Positions 11,870-25,600 are shown, counted from the stretch's first letter. The stretch: DNA of 64,000 bases from Lingula anatina (GCA_051362555.1 CM120642.1:14632001-14696000), one strand, 5' to 3'. The notes: generated from the sequence alone by a model not told the origin. A program made the numbers and translations.

Positions 11870-12510
11870 CGATAGGCCCTAAGTGAAAAACTGTTTTACC
11901 TTTTGGCTTAAAAGTTACAGAACTGATGAATATTCATAATACGCCGGTCAAGTTCGAAAATCAGCATGATCGGGTCATTTTTAGGGAAGTTAGCCTATGC
12001 TGTTTTTTCAATTTTTTCAGCATATATGCAACACCGTACATACGATAAGTGAAAAACCGTTTTACCTTTTGGCTTGAAAGTTACAGAACTGATGAATATT
12101 CATAATACGCCGGTCAAGTTCGAAAATCAGCATGATTGGGTCATTTTTAGGGAAGTTATGCTTTTTTTCCCACTTTTTTCCAGCATATGTGCAACACTGT
12201 ATACACGATAAGTGGAAAATGGTTTTACCTTTTGGTTTGAAACTTACAGAACTGATGAGTATTTATAATAGGCAGGTCAAGTTCGAAAATCAGCATGATA
12301 GAGCCACTTTTTTGTAAGTTATGCTGTTTTTTTATTTTTTTTTTCAGCATATAGGGCCTATATGCAACACCGATAACACAATATAAGAAAAACAGATATG
12401 CCAATTGTCATTGTACTCACAGGAGTGGTCAATCTTACTAAAACATAGGTTGAGTATGAAAATCAGCATAATCGGGCCATTATTTTAGAAGTTATGCTTT
12501 TTTTCACATT
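11870..12510. repeat. ~165-bp satellite-like tandem repeat, ~4 copies
   Basis: CAAGTTCGAAAATCAGCATG recurs at 11949, 12115 and 12278, with a degenerate copy near 12453. Confidence 0.85.
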
Positions 12511-12899
12511 TCCTCAGATTCAATTCTTAGGCATGTTAATAGTCTCATTTTTGAACTAATAAGATACGTAAAAGTGTTTGTTTGACATTTCCTGCATCTT
12601 TACAACATTGTCAGTTGATTATGTAAAAATGATGGTAAATTTGTTATCGTGTATTGTGTAATGAAGTGTCAAAAATGGAAATAAACTCATATCATTGCAG
12701 TTTGTCAGATTCAATCATCCACTATGTTCAGAATCTTAGAATGGAGGAAATTGGATATTTAACACTGTTCTATTGATATATTTCCCATCTCATCAATTTT
12801 CTTAGTTGGTCATATAAAAATGGCAGTAAAATGTTCATTTTGTTTTATGTTAAAAAAGTGTTAAAAATTGAAATAAACCTATTTCAGAAAAGTGCTGTC

Positions 12900-14420
12900 T
12901 TGTTTACATTTTGGCATTTTCAAGATGTGACTTGAAGTTCCATGATCCTGAAGACCTTTGCTAGTCACATTTTCTGAATATCCATGATACTAATAATTTA
13001 TTATGTAAAATTGATGGTCATTATGCTGTTAAACATTATGTAATATTGCATCAAAATTTGAAGAAACACCTATTTTGGGCACTATTCCCATGATGATCAT
13101 TTAAAGAAAATTATATCACTCACTGGTCTCAAACTTACAGGAAAGAAACATGGGACTAAAATACAGCTTCAGTAGGCAATGCAGTCTGTTTGGTAATTTT
13201 TTCTGGCAGTTAAACAGTTTTTTGTGAAAATTTAATTTTTCACATGTTGGCATTTTCAAGGTGTGACTTTGAAGTTCCATGATCCTGAAGACCTTTGCTT
13301 GTCACGTTTTCTAAATGTCCATGTGACTAATATTCTATTAATAAAATTTGATGGTCATTATGCTGTTAAACATTAAGTAATGTTACATCAAAATTTGAAG
13401 AAACCCCTATTTTGTGCACTGCTCCTATGATGACCATTTAAGGGAAATCATGTCACTTACTGTTCTCAAACTAACAGGAAAGAAACATGGGACTAAAATA
13501 CAGCTTCAGTAGGCAATGCAGTCTGTTTGGTAATTTTTTCTGGCAATTTAACAGTTTTTTGTAAAAATTTAATTTTTCACATATTGGCATTTTCAAGGTG
13601 CGACTTAGAACCTCCACTGGCTTGAAGACCCATGCTAGTCACATTTTCTGAAAATCCATGACACATATATTTTATTATTAAAAATTGATGGTCATTATGC
13701 CGTTAAGCATTATGTAATGTTGCATCAAAATAGAAGAAAACACAATTTTTGGTGCTGCTGCCATGATGACCATTATGGGAAAACCATGTTACTTATGATT
13801 GTCAAACTTTCAAAAAAGAAACACAGGGCTAAAATGCAGCCTGAGTTGGAAAAGCAGTTTAATTGGCTTCTTTTTCTGAAAGTTATACATTTTAGTGAAA
13901 TATTCGTTATCTTTTTGGCATATTCATTGTGGGACTCGGAGCTCCCATGGACATGAAGTCGAATGGTAATCAAATTTTCTACATGTCCATGCTATTTATT
14001 GTCAATAATCAAAAATTGGTGCTAATTATTATATAATTTATTATGTAATGTTACATCTTCTGCTTCTGCTTCTGCAAACTTAATGAAATAAAACTGTGTT
14101 ACTTATTATTATGTTTAACTTACAAGTATGATTTTTAGGATTGGCATGCAGTTCAAATTAGAAAGCCAGCTCAATTGGGTTATCATTTATTATTGAATTT
14201 ATGCAATTTTGTGTGAAATTTTCATTTTTCTCATTCTGGCACTTTCAAAGTATAAACTTGAACTCTGATGGGCCTGAAGCCTTATGCTTTTACTTTCGTC
14301 CGTGTTACCTGTTCTGCATAATTAAAATTTGATATTGACTGTGCAGTTAAACATAATGTATTATTGCATCAGAATTGGTAGTCTCCTATTTTGTACATTA
14401 TTGTTTTGTGCTTTTCTTAA
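12900..14420. repeat. ~337-bp tandem repeat, 3 good copies plus degenerate copies
   Basis: TTGGCATTTTCAAG(A/G)TG(T/C)GACTT recurs at ~12911, 13248 and 13584; degraded copies near 13915 and 14237. Confidence 0.85.
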
Positions 14421-14731
14421 GATGTGACTTATGGGCCTGAAAGACCTTTGAGAGGGTCAGTCTGTAAATTTCCCTTGGATATCACTTAGATAATTTCAGA
14501 GTTATAAAGTGATTTGCTTAATTTATAGGCCATAAAATGAGATAACATAAAGCACACTTGTTGATATTTCCCTGTAAACTCCCAAAGGTTAAGCTCTCTG
14601 CTAGATTTATGATAAGGAAGCAGTGATAATTATGCAGGTAAATTTTGTTTAATATTGCAAATAAGTTTATATATATATATATATCAAACTCAAAGATTAA
14701 AAGTTTGAATAGCAGCTTCATTGGAATTATA

Positions 14732-14921
14732 TTTACCTCTGCCAAGGAGGTTATATTTTCACCCCTGTTTGTCTGTCATCAACATAACTCAAAAAGTTAT
14801 GGAACGATTTTGCTGAAATTTTCAGGAACTGTCAGAAGTGGGCCAAAGAGGACAATAATCAATAATAATCAACAGTTGCTGCCTTGGCAGAGGTCTGCAC
14901 TCTCGGAGTGCTTTTCTGGTT
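14732..14921 (+). mobile_element. Short Helentron/Helitron-type non-autonomous element nested in the larger one
   Basis: Starts TTTACCTCTGCCAAGGAGGTTAT, ends GCCTTGGCAGAGGTCTGCACTCTCGGAGTGCTTTTCTGGTT (subterminal inverted repeat plus 3' hairpin). Absent from the neighbouring repeat copy at ~15225. Confidence 0.8.
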
Positions 14922-17013
14922 TTGTTATGTTTTCCTTTATAATTTGTGACTTTTAACTCTCATCCGCCTAAGGCTCTGCACATTTTCTGTATTTTCTATA
15001 GGTTAAGCTCTCTTAACTGGGTCACATATTTAGGAATTGGTGATAATTATGCAGGTAAATGTTGTTTAATATTGCAAATAAGTTTACAAAAGAAAAAATT
15101 TGTGTAATGCTAACATTAATGCTATAGATGAATAACAGCGCCTTATTATCCTCAAACACATTGGGGTTATTCATATCATGTAATACAGCAAGATTAAAAG
15201 TTTGAATAGCAGCTTTATTGGAATTTTTTTATTGTTTTTTTTGTGTGTTTTCTTTTTAATTTTTTTTCCTAAACACTGGCATTTTCAACTCCCATCCACC
15301 TGAAGCTCTTTAGATTCTCTATATTTCCACATTTAATAAGCAGTTGCATAGGTTTTTATGTCTTTAAACATTATGTAATATTATTTTATGCACTGTCAAC
15401 ATTTTTCAAATATTGGGATTTTCATTATCTGAATTTGAATTCTCATGGTCCAGAAACTGTAATCTTATTGCAGGGGTGGATTGAGGCCGTCTTCTGGGTC
15501 TTTCAGATGACGGTCAGATATTTAAGTTTACAATGACTGGTATCAATTTTTTTCTGTTGGAAGACCATCAAAAGTGGAGGATGGATCAACAAAGATACTT
15601 TGGAATACTGTCAGAAAATATCTCTGGATCTGCTCCTGTTATTGAGCATGTTACCTGTTGTGCATGATTAAAATTCAGTGTTAACTGACTGTGCTATTAT
15701 AAGCATTATTTATTATTGAATCAAAATTGACAAAATGACCTATTTTGCATCTTTATTTTCTGTTTTGTGTCTGTACATTTGACAGCTTTGCTGCCTTGTT
15801 ATTTTTTTCATCAAAGCTGTAAAATATAGTTTGCGGGTCCCGAGAGTCCCGGTCTCTATGGAACCCGTTTATTGAAATAATTCTATGACTGATGTAAGCT
15901 TATAATGCGTGGTAACGCACAATGTACATTAGCAACTTCATTGAGCATAGAGACGCATTTCACACAGTTTTCAGTCGATTGATGAATTAGGAATTGTGTA
16001 TACGATAAATTTGCTGTCAGATATATTTTGTATTACCATGTCAGTTGGAAATGTACTCTGCACGTATTCTCTTCTCTAGCATTTAAGCTGTTATCAAAAC
16101 TTGTTATTAATGCACGGCACACTTCTCTCCCATGGGAAATTTTACCCCTGTCCCGCCCCGCGATAACTTCTTTTATTTGAACCAAATGTAAATAATTAAA
16201 TCATAATTGTAAAAAGAATGTATTTATTTCTGAAGTGCCGTTACTAGAGATTCCTAGCATTATTAACTACCACTACATCTGGGTGAGCAGCGTTGCAACT
16301 GAACCACGTTATACTAACATGAAAAATGTCTTGGGTGTGACAAACACGTACATTGAAATCGACAGCTCGGGCGATCCTATTATATAGCTGTACAATATCA
16401 ATCCAAACACCCAGTCTTATATACAATGTTGATGTGTGCAAGGCTATGCCTAACAACCTCTACCATACTCGGAAGGTAATTTGCATATTTATGCCTTTTC
16501 AGCGGAATTCAGTTTTGATCGTCAGGTACTTTTAGTCATTAGTTTCAGAATTTTGATTTTCTAAAACTAAAAATTATGCAGACTTTTGAGATGGCCCCTG
16601 AATACGATGGTAAGTTCGGGGACTCTTTTTCCACTGTTTTGAGCGTTACCGAATCAAGTTGAAATTGTAAGGGTAAATGTTAAAGAATAATTTAAATAAT
16701 TAAAATAATCTTCTGGTCAGAGTCTTGTCTCCTTCACTGTGAATGCTGAGTGGATAGCGAATATAAATGCAAAGTGGACATTTGCCGGGCTGAGGATGTC
16801 AACTGATGGGTAAACAAGGTCAATTTTGACTTGAAATCCCGCTGCCCATGAGGTAGGGGTCGAAGGTGTACTTCTATAGCAAATAGTAGACGTTCTGGAC
16901 CATGAGTATGAAGTCTATGAAGGTGTGGTGTGTCTTGATAAAGATTGAGCACTTGAAAGCACTGCGATGTCTCTAGATCATCTGCTTGTTAGCAGTGGTA
17001 AAGTATTCAAACC

Positions 17014-17806
17014 TCACCCACGGTTTGCGGGCGCTATCACCATATAGTAGACCCAATACATCAAGTTGAAGAGACCAAACGCAACTGGAAATATCACTCG
17101 GGAAATCTTTTCAACATCGTGAGGAAGCATCGCCCTTCTTGTGACCTACAAATGAACGGACAAAGAAGCCTTTAATATTTATAGATACTTTCGTTCATTC
17201 TAGCTTCTAGTTTTTGTAAATTTGTAAATGAAATATAAAAAGCCTGCGTAATTCCCCACATTTCTTCATGATAGGAGACTATTAACTCTGTGTGGGACTT
17301 ACTTTTTTCTGAATATAATTTAGATGTACTTTATTTCTTAACTGTATTAAATTGCTTTAAAGCTCATTCTTTTCACAATGTTATCAGTGTGTCTACAGTC
17401 GTTAAAGTTCAACTCACTTGGTGTTCCTCATAACTGTGTCTACATTCACTTTCTTCTGTCTCAATCTTGTCAATTTTTCTTTTCTCGGTACTCGCTATCT
17501 GGACGCTGACCAAAGCATACTCCAGGAATGCTGAGAAAACGAAGGTCAGGCAACCATTCAGCCACACGTCTATGGCCTTCAGCATGGACGACTTAGGAAG
17601 ATGGGAGTTTAAGCTGGCCATCTTTAAATAAACGGCATGAGAAAATATTATTATAGAAAATAAAACCCGTGGGCATATTTAAAGAAAAGCATAAGTTGCG
17701 ACACGAAAAGCATATCTTTCTTTTTTTGCACTCCCACTCTTGTGTTGATGAGCGCGTTTAACCTTTGCACAAATCATAATAGAAAATGAGATAAAAAAAA
17801 CACACT

Positions 17807-17857
<51 letters not shown>

Positions 17858-20800
17858 CATAAAATATAAACTCAAAATACTATTGCGAAAAAATGTGCCC
17901 AAGCGAAACAGACCATTGTCGCCATGGTCAGCACCGAGGTCAAGCCTATGGTCACTCTGGCCGGGGGAGAGTTCTTGCTGATCCAGAAAGCTATCCAAGA
18001 CATACTGACCAGGACCATACTAGGTATGTACACCTCTAGGACGTAGTAGCCCACGTCCCTCTGCAAGACAAATTCTGCTTGGAGACACGGGCGACGGCCT
18101 GGTCATGGAATAAAGCATAAGAAGAAAATAAAAATATGATCAATATACTTGTGTGTTCGAGCAATATCATTTTACACATATACTAGAATTACGTTTCAGA
18201 TGTTGGCTAATAAAGCCTACTGGTACATTTTAAAATAATATAGAAATCCATTTTTACTCTCAGACAATAATTATATGAAACGTTCTGATATGTTCTTTTC
18301 TAATTGATATGACAGATATGTACCCTCATTAAAGTATTCATTTCCCCTTAAATTTGTCGCACATTTTGTAAACTTGACATCCGTAATGTCAAAGTGTGAC
18401 AGTTTTACGTGACGCCTGTCATCAAGCTGTTCCTCTGTCCACTCATACTGCATTTCCTCATCCGTGAATGCATCTGAATAATAGACCAGGCATTATCTTT
18501 TGAACAAAATAGTCTTGTTTTAGCACCAAGACGGATGTATTTCAATTATTTATTCGTAACCGTAAATGGTACTTAAAAGTAAAATATCTAGTTTCATAGC
18601 TGAAATATTGAATATGAAATAGTCGGGTTGAGAGTCACCCTGAAACTAAGTCTACACAAATGTAGCTGTGAAGAGTGAGTTACAATTCTCAACAATTACT
18701 TATTAAGGAAATGCAGAATATACTGTCATTGCATTTATGTTTGGCTCAATTTAATAGAATAATACAATGTTTGCCAGTAAATTTAGAATTATTTGATTGC
18801 AAAACACCGTCGCGAATTGTCGGCCTACAGAGAAAAAGCTCTCCTCCAAGATAGCAACTTACAGCACCGCTACAACATCAGTTTATTTCGCATATCAATT
18901 CAGTCTGAGTTACGAAATCGACCGAGATATCCCAAGGGGAACTTACAACTTTGCAGAATAAGTGGGCATTTCTGGGTATCAAACGGAAACATAAATAGGT
19001 CCATTGGGCAGGCTGCAGTAACAGTGATTCTGAAACACAATGGGCGCCAAAGTGATTTTACTAACATGACCAGCACGGCAAGAAGAAATGCAAGTTTTGG
19101 GAAAAATGCTTTTAAGAATATAGAATCCCGTACAATTCTTATTATGTCAAGGATATAAGTCTACAAGAAACACGTGTTCCAAAAGAAACCATGTACCATT
19201 CTTGATTAGGAGAAGCATTGCTGGTTTATGACAGAAATTTGATTGAGCCGTAATATTTTTTATCATAAAAATTGTCAAATAAAAAAATTACGGGGAGCTC
19301 ATTCAAAATGAAATAAAATAATGTGCATGAACGATTAAATGTTAAACTAACCTGGAAATAAACATTACCGAGCCATTTTCATAGAGACGTAACATGCGGT
19401 TGGGTATTGTTACGGAATGCCATTCTGCCGACTTCTCGTTTCGGATAAACAGATCCGGTATCCAGATGAACCCAGCGTGTCTGGGGTCCATATCCATGTA
19501 AGTTCTGTTGATCCGACTACCGTCGAACTTGAGCCTGTGGTCTTCCCAATTTCGCTCTAGGACAAGGTCCAAAGTTATATCCTGGGATTACAAAGGGAAA
19601 GATTTTAAATTAAAAATAAGTTTCTTTGATAGGTTAGACATTGTTGACAATATGGTCGATCGAGTGAAGACAATAAGCAAGCCAATGCATGAGATATTAA
19701 TTGAAGACTGAAAATTAATATTAAATGAAAAATTGTTTTTTCGCTGTAATAATTCAAAAAGTACTCAGAGTTGTAGGGTAATGCATTCCATCATATCGAT
19801 TGAAGATCGATTAAATGAAGTTAGATATTTACTATATGATCAGGTTATTTGAAGCACATGAAAAATGTTTCAAGTAGGATGGAGAACAATCAGGATGACA
19901 CACACACACACACAACAAGCAATTAATACTCTACCATTTGAATTTCGTCCACGGAGTTTATACGGTTGATGGACAATTGCATTCCAATAACGGTGGGCTC
20001 ATCTGAAGATAAGGATATACAAATGATTTTAAAATGTTGTAACTCTAATGTTTGAAAATATCTTTTTTTTTTCAATTTTACCAACATCCTTAATTCATGT
20101 AAGTCGGAAAGTAAGTTAAGGCAAACTAAGAATAACCTATGCAGCGTCGTTTCGTTACTGTTTTTCCATATGTTCAATTAACTTGTTTTGCGAGTAATCG
20201 ATCAGCCTGGTTCATTTAGGTAAATGATTTTTACCCAGAAAGTACTACTTAGGCAGCAACTATATGGAACATCCCTATCCAGAAGTGTTATAAAGCATAA
20301 ACGTCACGTTAAAGCTGAATTTGCAGCAATATAATGGTATTCTGACTTTGAAGTAGGTTCTTCTGAAGGTTACCCTGATCTTTAAGTCCACTGGAACCCA
20401 AAGGTTACCTCTATATAATCTGTGTAATGAACATGTTAAAAGCGTCGCGAATCGATTATATTAAATTGTCTGAGACCAACGTGAAGGCAGTTTGAGGAGG
20501 GTTTGGGAAGTCTGTGTCTGCCTATGTCACACAAAGGGCACACAAATCTGAAGAGCCAAGCATGTAATAAGGATATACTCATGGCCTTATGCAGATTGCT
20601 GCTATCCAATCTGTCACAAGACACATATGAATTGGCTACAAAAGCAAGATCAACACCCCCCATTTATATATGCAAATCTTTCATAAGTACTATATGAAAA
20701 GTGACTTCGTGTTCTTGTTGGGACCTAAACTAGTTTTTATCAATTTACCTCTTTAAATACAGCAAAAGAGACCGTCTATTGAATATTTTTCGGTAACACC

Positions 20801-21143
20801 ACCACAGAATGCATTGTTATAGAATTATAATCTGGTTCCTTGTTTATGCCATTTCACTCAAATATGACACAACGACTGAGTGAAAACAGCAAGGATCCAT
20901 TCTATTTTTTGCTCCAGCCAAAAGTAGGCCTACATGTATATGTGTATCCCCGCCCCTAACGTTGAGTATTTGAAGAGACATTTGTCGCTTCATAAGAGTT
21001 GCAGGATAATAACATACCGACATCGATCGTGGGTTGCATTGTGTTATCATAACCCTCCATCATCTGGGATAGTATCTCTGACCTGAAGTAGTGAAAAACA
21101 TTACTATTATAATATAATCGCCATGGACGTTTATTGTAACCGT

Positions 21144-21191
<48 letters not shown>

Positions 21192-21661
21192 CTACTACTT
21201 GCGGAACCCACTCAGAGAATCAACTACAGGGACAGCAAACATGTAGAATAAAACACTGCTATTATTTTTCAATATGATAAATATTTGTTGGTTCTTTGAT
21301 GTTTAGAAACATAACCCCCATTTGACAACTTACCTTACATTGCTACTCCCTATTGAAGTAATACAACATTGTACAGCAATAAGAAAACACAGTGCAAAGT
21401 AATGATTCCACATTACTAACAAATGAAGGTGCCGGTAGCAATACGCACGTATAATGTTGTTCGGATGTTCGGATCAAAATGTTAGTATTAATAGTACCAT
21501 ATGAAATGAGTAATGGCCGCTTTTTGTTTTGCTTGAACTGACAGATGCAGCTGCTAGAATAATGCATTGGATAAAGGTTTCCATGCCATGCAAAAGGTAA
21601 TGTATTGGAAAAAGGTTTCCTTACCTTGCAATCTACATAAGAGTAATGCATGATGTTTCAT
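17014..21661 (-). CDS. Cys-loop ligand-gated anion channel subunit (glycine/GABA-A/GluCl superfamily), orphan ligand
   Basis: Minus-strand exons 21661-21625 (start exon tentative), 21349-21334, 21082-21018, 20002-19935, 19581-19352, 19029-18947, 18473-18324, 18098-17914, 17621-17418, 17145-17014. All phases are compatible, ~389 aa. Motifs: [20 protein letters not shown], Cys-loop [25 protein letters not shown], anion filter [38 protein letters not shown]. The 68- and 83-nt exons are typical of this family. Confidence 0.92.
17810..17855. repeat. (GA)n microsatellite
   Basis: Direct reading. Confidence 0.95.
21146..21189. repeat. (CA)n microsatellite
   Basis: Direct reading. Confidence 0.95.
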
Positions 21662-21827
21662 TTAGACTCGTCTGAGGCTACCTGTAATACCAAACATGCC
21701 ATAACCGTAAATCATACTTGCCTTTGGATTAAGTGCCAGAGTGCTCTTGTACCAAGTATCAAATATGGTATATTTGTTATTGCAGGATTAAGCCTTTTAA
21801 TTTCGAAAACGTTTAAGCAGGACATAA

Positions 21828-21832
<5 letters not shown>

Positions 21833-21897
<65 letters not shown>
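21833..21897. repeat. (TA)n microsatellite
   Basis: Direct reading. Confidence 0.95.
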
Positions 21898-21898
<1 letters not shown>

Positions 21899-22420
21899 TG
21901 AAGTATATATATATCAAAACACGATAACACGACCGGACAAGCCTTTCGGCAAGGGACAGCTCACATAGAATAACCAAACTCCTTTTACAAAAGTTTCTAT
22001 TCCTCAAAATAAAAATAAAATAAAATAAACACACACCGACAAGTAAAACGTACCTAAACAACTGATGCTGATCAACATGTCTCGTTCTCTTCTTTAAAAG
22101 GCCATGTTGGAGAGAAAATATGAAAAATGAAGAGTTGGGTACCAATTGTGGTAGTTGAGACAAAATGCAGACTGCACATAGCTAAGGCATGCCTTTTCTC
22201 TTGTGAATTGTACCCTCTGTGGCAGTTCAATATTAAAAACATGACCAAAATTTGTCATCGTAGTGTAAAGAATGCAGTGTAACGTCTCAACTCAACAGTA
22301 AAGAAAGCCGTGACTGCCACTTACCGTTGATTGGTAGATGATATAAAAAATAAACCCTATCCAGTCTGAATAAAGCTGCATCGAGAAAAATTAACACTTT
22401 CTTTTTCCAAATTTAGATTT

Positions 22421-22423
<3 letters not shown>

Positions 22424-22459
<36 letters not shown>

Positions 22460-22531
22460 GATTCTTCCAACAGCTAATATCAGAGCTGTCTCGTCAGAAA
22501 CATCAGAGCTGTCTCGTTTTTCGTCAATAAT

Positions 22532-22574
<43 letters not shown>

Positions 22575-22612
22575 GATTCTTCGAACTGTTAATATCAGAG
22601 CTGTCTCGTCAG
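22424..22612. repeat. Duplicated (AAT)n + 39-bp unit
   Basis: Two (AAT)n tracts, each followed by AGATTCTTC.AAC.G.TAATATCAGAGCTGTCTCGTCAG; a third partial copy at ~22502. Confidence 0.8.
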
Positions 22613-25600
22613 TAAAGTTAAGGACATTCAAAATTTCTCAACCTAAAGGATTTGGATTTCGGTCATCAGGACCATTTTCCTTCATTCGTACAAGATACGC
22701 TTTATTCAATTAATCTTAGTAAATTTTCCACTTAGCTCCCCTCTCCCACACGCTTTAAATCCTATTCCCCCCATTTTCTCAGGATTGTATGGCGTAGCAA
22801 ATTTCTACGAAATGTCTTTTCCAAGAACATTCTGTTAAATAACGAACATCCCATTGCATGGAATTTACCCAAATCTTTCTTTTAAAATCTTCCTTTGGTC
22901 CATAAAACAAACAGTGCGATATAATAGAAGAATAGACACCAATTTAAACTTTCCGACCAAAAGCATTCGTCGGTATTAACCAGTATTTCAAGATTTCCTT
23001 ACTATATTTCCTCTTTGACCGGCTGACTATAGATATGTGGCCTCAATCAGCCAAAGAGGCAATGTAGTGAGAAAATTGGAGAATAAATGCCGAGGAAGGC
23101 CTTTGACCACAATTGATGTTTGTTTTTATATTGGTGGATTTATTACTTTCCTTAGGAAGGTTTTATGAATCTTGATTACCAATAATCCGTTAGATGGAAA
23201 GTGTCAACCAAATTTATATGAAATTTTGCAGTTATTTTGAACATAGCGTTGTTCGGACTGTATGTTCAATGAATGGTATTTTTGGTATTTGTGCTTCCAT
23301 AAGCATTCACAGTTACTCTTATTCGACCTGAGATAGAGTTCAAGCAAGATATGCTGAAGGCCCCTGACCTCTGCAGGCTTCACAAACGACGTTGATCAAT
23401 CTCCCAAATTGAAAATGGAGGAGGTTTATTTTCACCATATCTGTTTCTCAATTCGTTAATTTTGAGCAAATTTCTTTGCATCTAAAGAAACATAATGTTG
23501 TTGTATACTACAAAATATTACATATGTTTTCTTAAAGACAATTAATTTATATTGTAAAATATGTTTGATACTATTGGTCACTACAGCTTTCATGCGAGCT
23601 ACTTCAACTACTTTAAAGATAAAGTTTTTATGTAAAGCTTCTATGGTTTTGCAGTTAAATATTGAAAGTATACGGTCGAAGTTTAATGAAATCCTGCTAC
23701 TGAACGCATAATAAAATAAGGAATTTTTAATCCCTATCATTCTATTTATGTCAATAATTCACCCACGCCATGGCGAAATGTTCACTACACATTAGTCAGA
23801 ACGCATACAGATGGATAATCTCATGCAGCCATTTCCTCCGTTAATTTAGATATGATATTATGAAAATATTTCGTCTTTCAGTATTGACCAGAGGTTTATC
23901 TCTAGCATCATTCTTCCAGGAAACTCATTCGCTTTGCCGTAGCAGTCCAATGCTATCTACGACAAGCACCTGTTTTATCATCCCCAATCCAACACACATG
24001 TATATTCTAAAGCTATAGAATTCTCAACAAAGAAGATCCAAATTAATTAATTTCGCCATTGGTTATTCATGACTTGATGATCCCTGTTAAATATGGACGG
24101 GTTCACAAATAAACGGGTTGTATAATTATAAGACGACAGAAAATTTTTGCTACCACCGGGTACCGTGTTTATAAAAATTGCTAGTTATAAGTTGCCATAA
24201 TATAGATTTATTGGACAGACGTCTTAAACAACGGGACATGTGGTCGCCAAGTGAACAGCAAATGGATTTTTGTCTAATGCAATCAAACTTGAACAAAGAG
24301 TCAGGTCTTCGTGTAGGACAGAATCATCAAAATCGCTTCCCGAATCTTCATTTAATTTAGCTATATTAGCTACTCGCTCGATCAAATATGGATGAATGAA
24401 GCCTTCTGTTTAACCGGAGTGTTAAAGGACTCTTATCCTTACTCACCCTCTGATATCTGGGGCCTCTTAAGAAGCATACAAAAATTAAGCATAGAAAATA
24501 ATTTTGCAACAGACCTTTAGCGCACTCTGTGGTCAGAGAGTCCCCTGTACCCATACAGGCGGGTACAGTACTCTGAAAAGGTTGAGAACGGGTACCATAT
24601 ATGTCATACAGAGGCTTATTCAAAGGTGCTGTCATTTTGGATGATAAAAATATTAAAGCAAAGATGTTTTTAAAGTTTCATCTGTTTGGTAAATGGTAAT
24701 GATAAAAAACTCTTTGTCACACAAAGAATTAAACTAAAATGGAAGACAAAAAATATAAATATAATAATAAAACATAGTCTGAGGAGCATCGTTCAGTACA
24801 AAATAAAAATACTGTGTTGAGTGTTTCGAGATAGGCTCCCCTCTCTGTGCTTTGATTTATATATATTTACAAACACGCAAATAATTACACACATTTGGCA
24901 CATGCTTTCGGAATGTTTTCAGCAAAATAGACAGTAAAATGTACCACTTTTAGTACTTTAATGCTAACTCAAAGCATTTTAGTGCGTTATAACGAGCACG
25001 GTATTCCTTTTTTAAAGGCAAAAATACAGTATAAACGTGTGCTACACTGAAGAAACTAATATTTCGATTTGCACTGCATTATGCCATCCCCTATGCGTCA
25101 ACAGATGTATGGTAATTAGCTTTACATAGTGTCGAGAGGAAGCAAAAGATAAGAAAAGGCACTGCAAATGCTCTCTGGGATTCGTTGTGATACACAGTGC
25201 ATTTTCAAACGTGTTTTTTTTTTAAATTTTTTATCATTTTGTTTATTTATTTATTTTTGGAAACAGGGGCAGGGGAATTTTAGTGTGGGAAATTTTTTTA
25301 AGAACAAGAAGGACGACCCATTTATGTAATGTTTATAAATTAGTTTCTGATTTTTTTTACGTATTTATTTGAATACAGGTCTGGGGGACAGAAGCTCTTG
25401 TCATTTTTCGCTATGAAGAGCCTCCGCGCTTTGTCTCTAACACCTGTTTGTTGCTACTTGTCAAATGAAATAACTTTTTTTAAAGTTCTATATTTAATTT
25501 ACAAAAAACTAAATGTTTCCTGTTCTATTTTTGACAAGAAATAAACCGTTCACTTTATTTCTAAGACAACTGATTGAATAGACACCAAAATAACAACGGA

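Larger units (their letters stand above)
11760..15800 (+). mobile_element. Non-autonomous Helentron-type (HINE/DINE-1-like) element with internal tandem repeats
   Basis: 5' hairpin TATGTACAGACACA-ga-TGTGTCTGTACATA (11763-11792), (GTCGCC)n microsatellite, central repeat arrays, a 3' copy of TGTGTCTGTACAT (15766-15778), a small stem-loop CAGC-TTT-GCTG and a T-rich end. This is the standard HINE layout. Confidence 0.7.
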
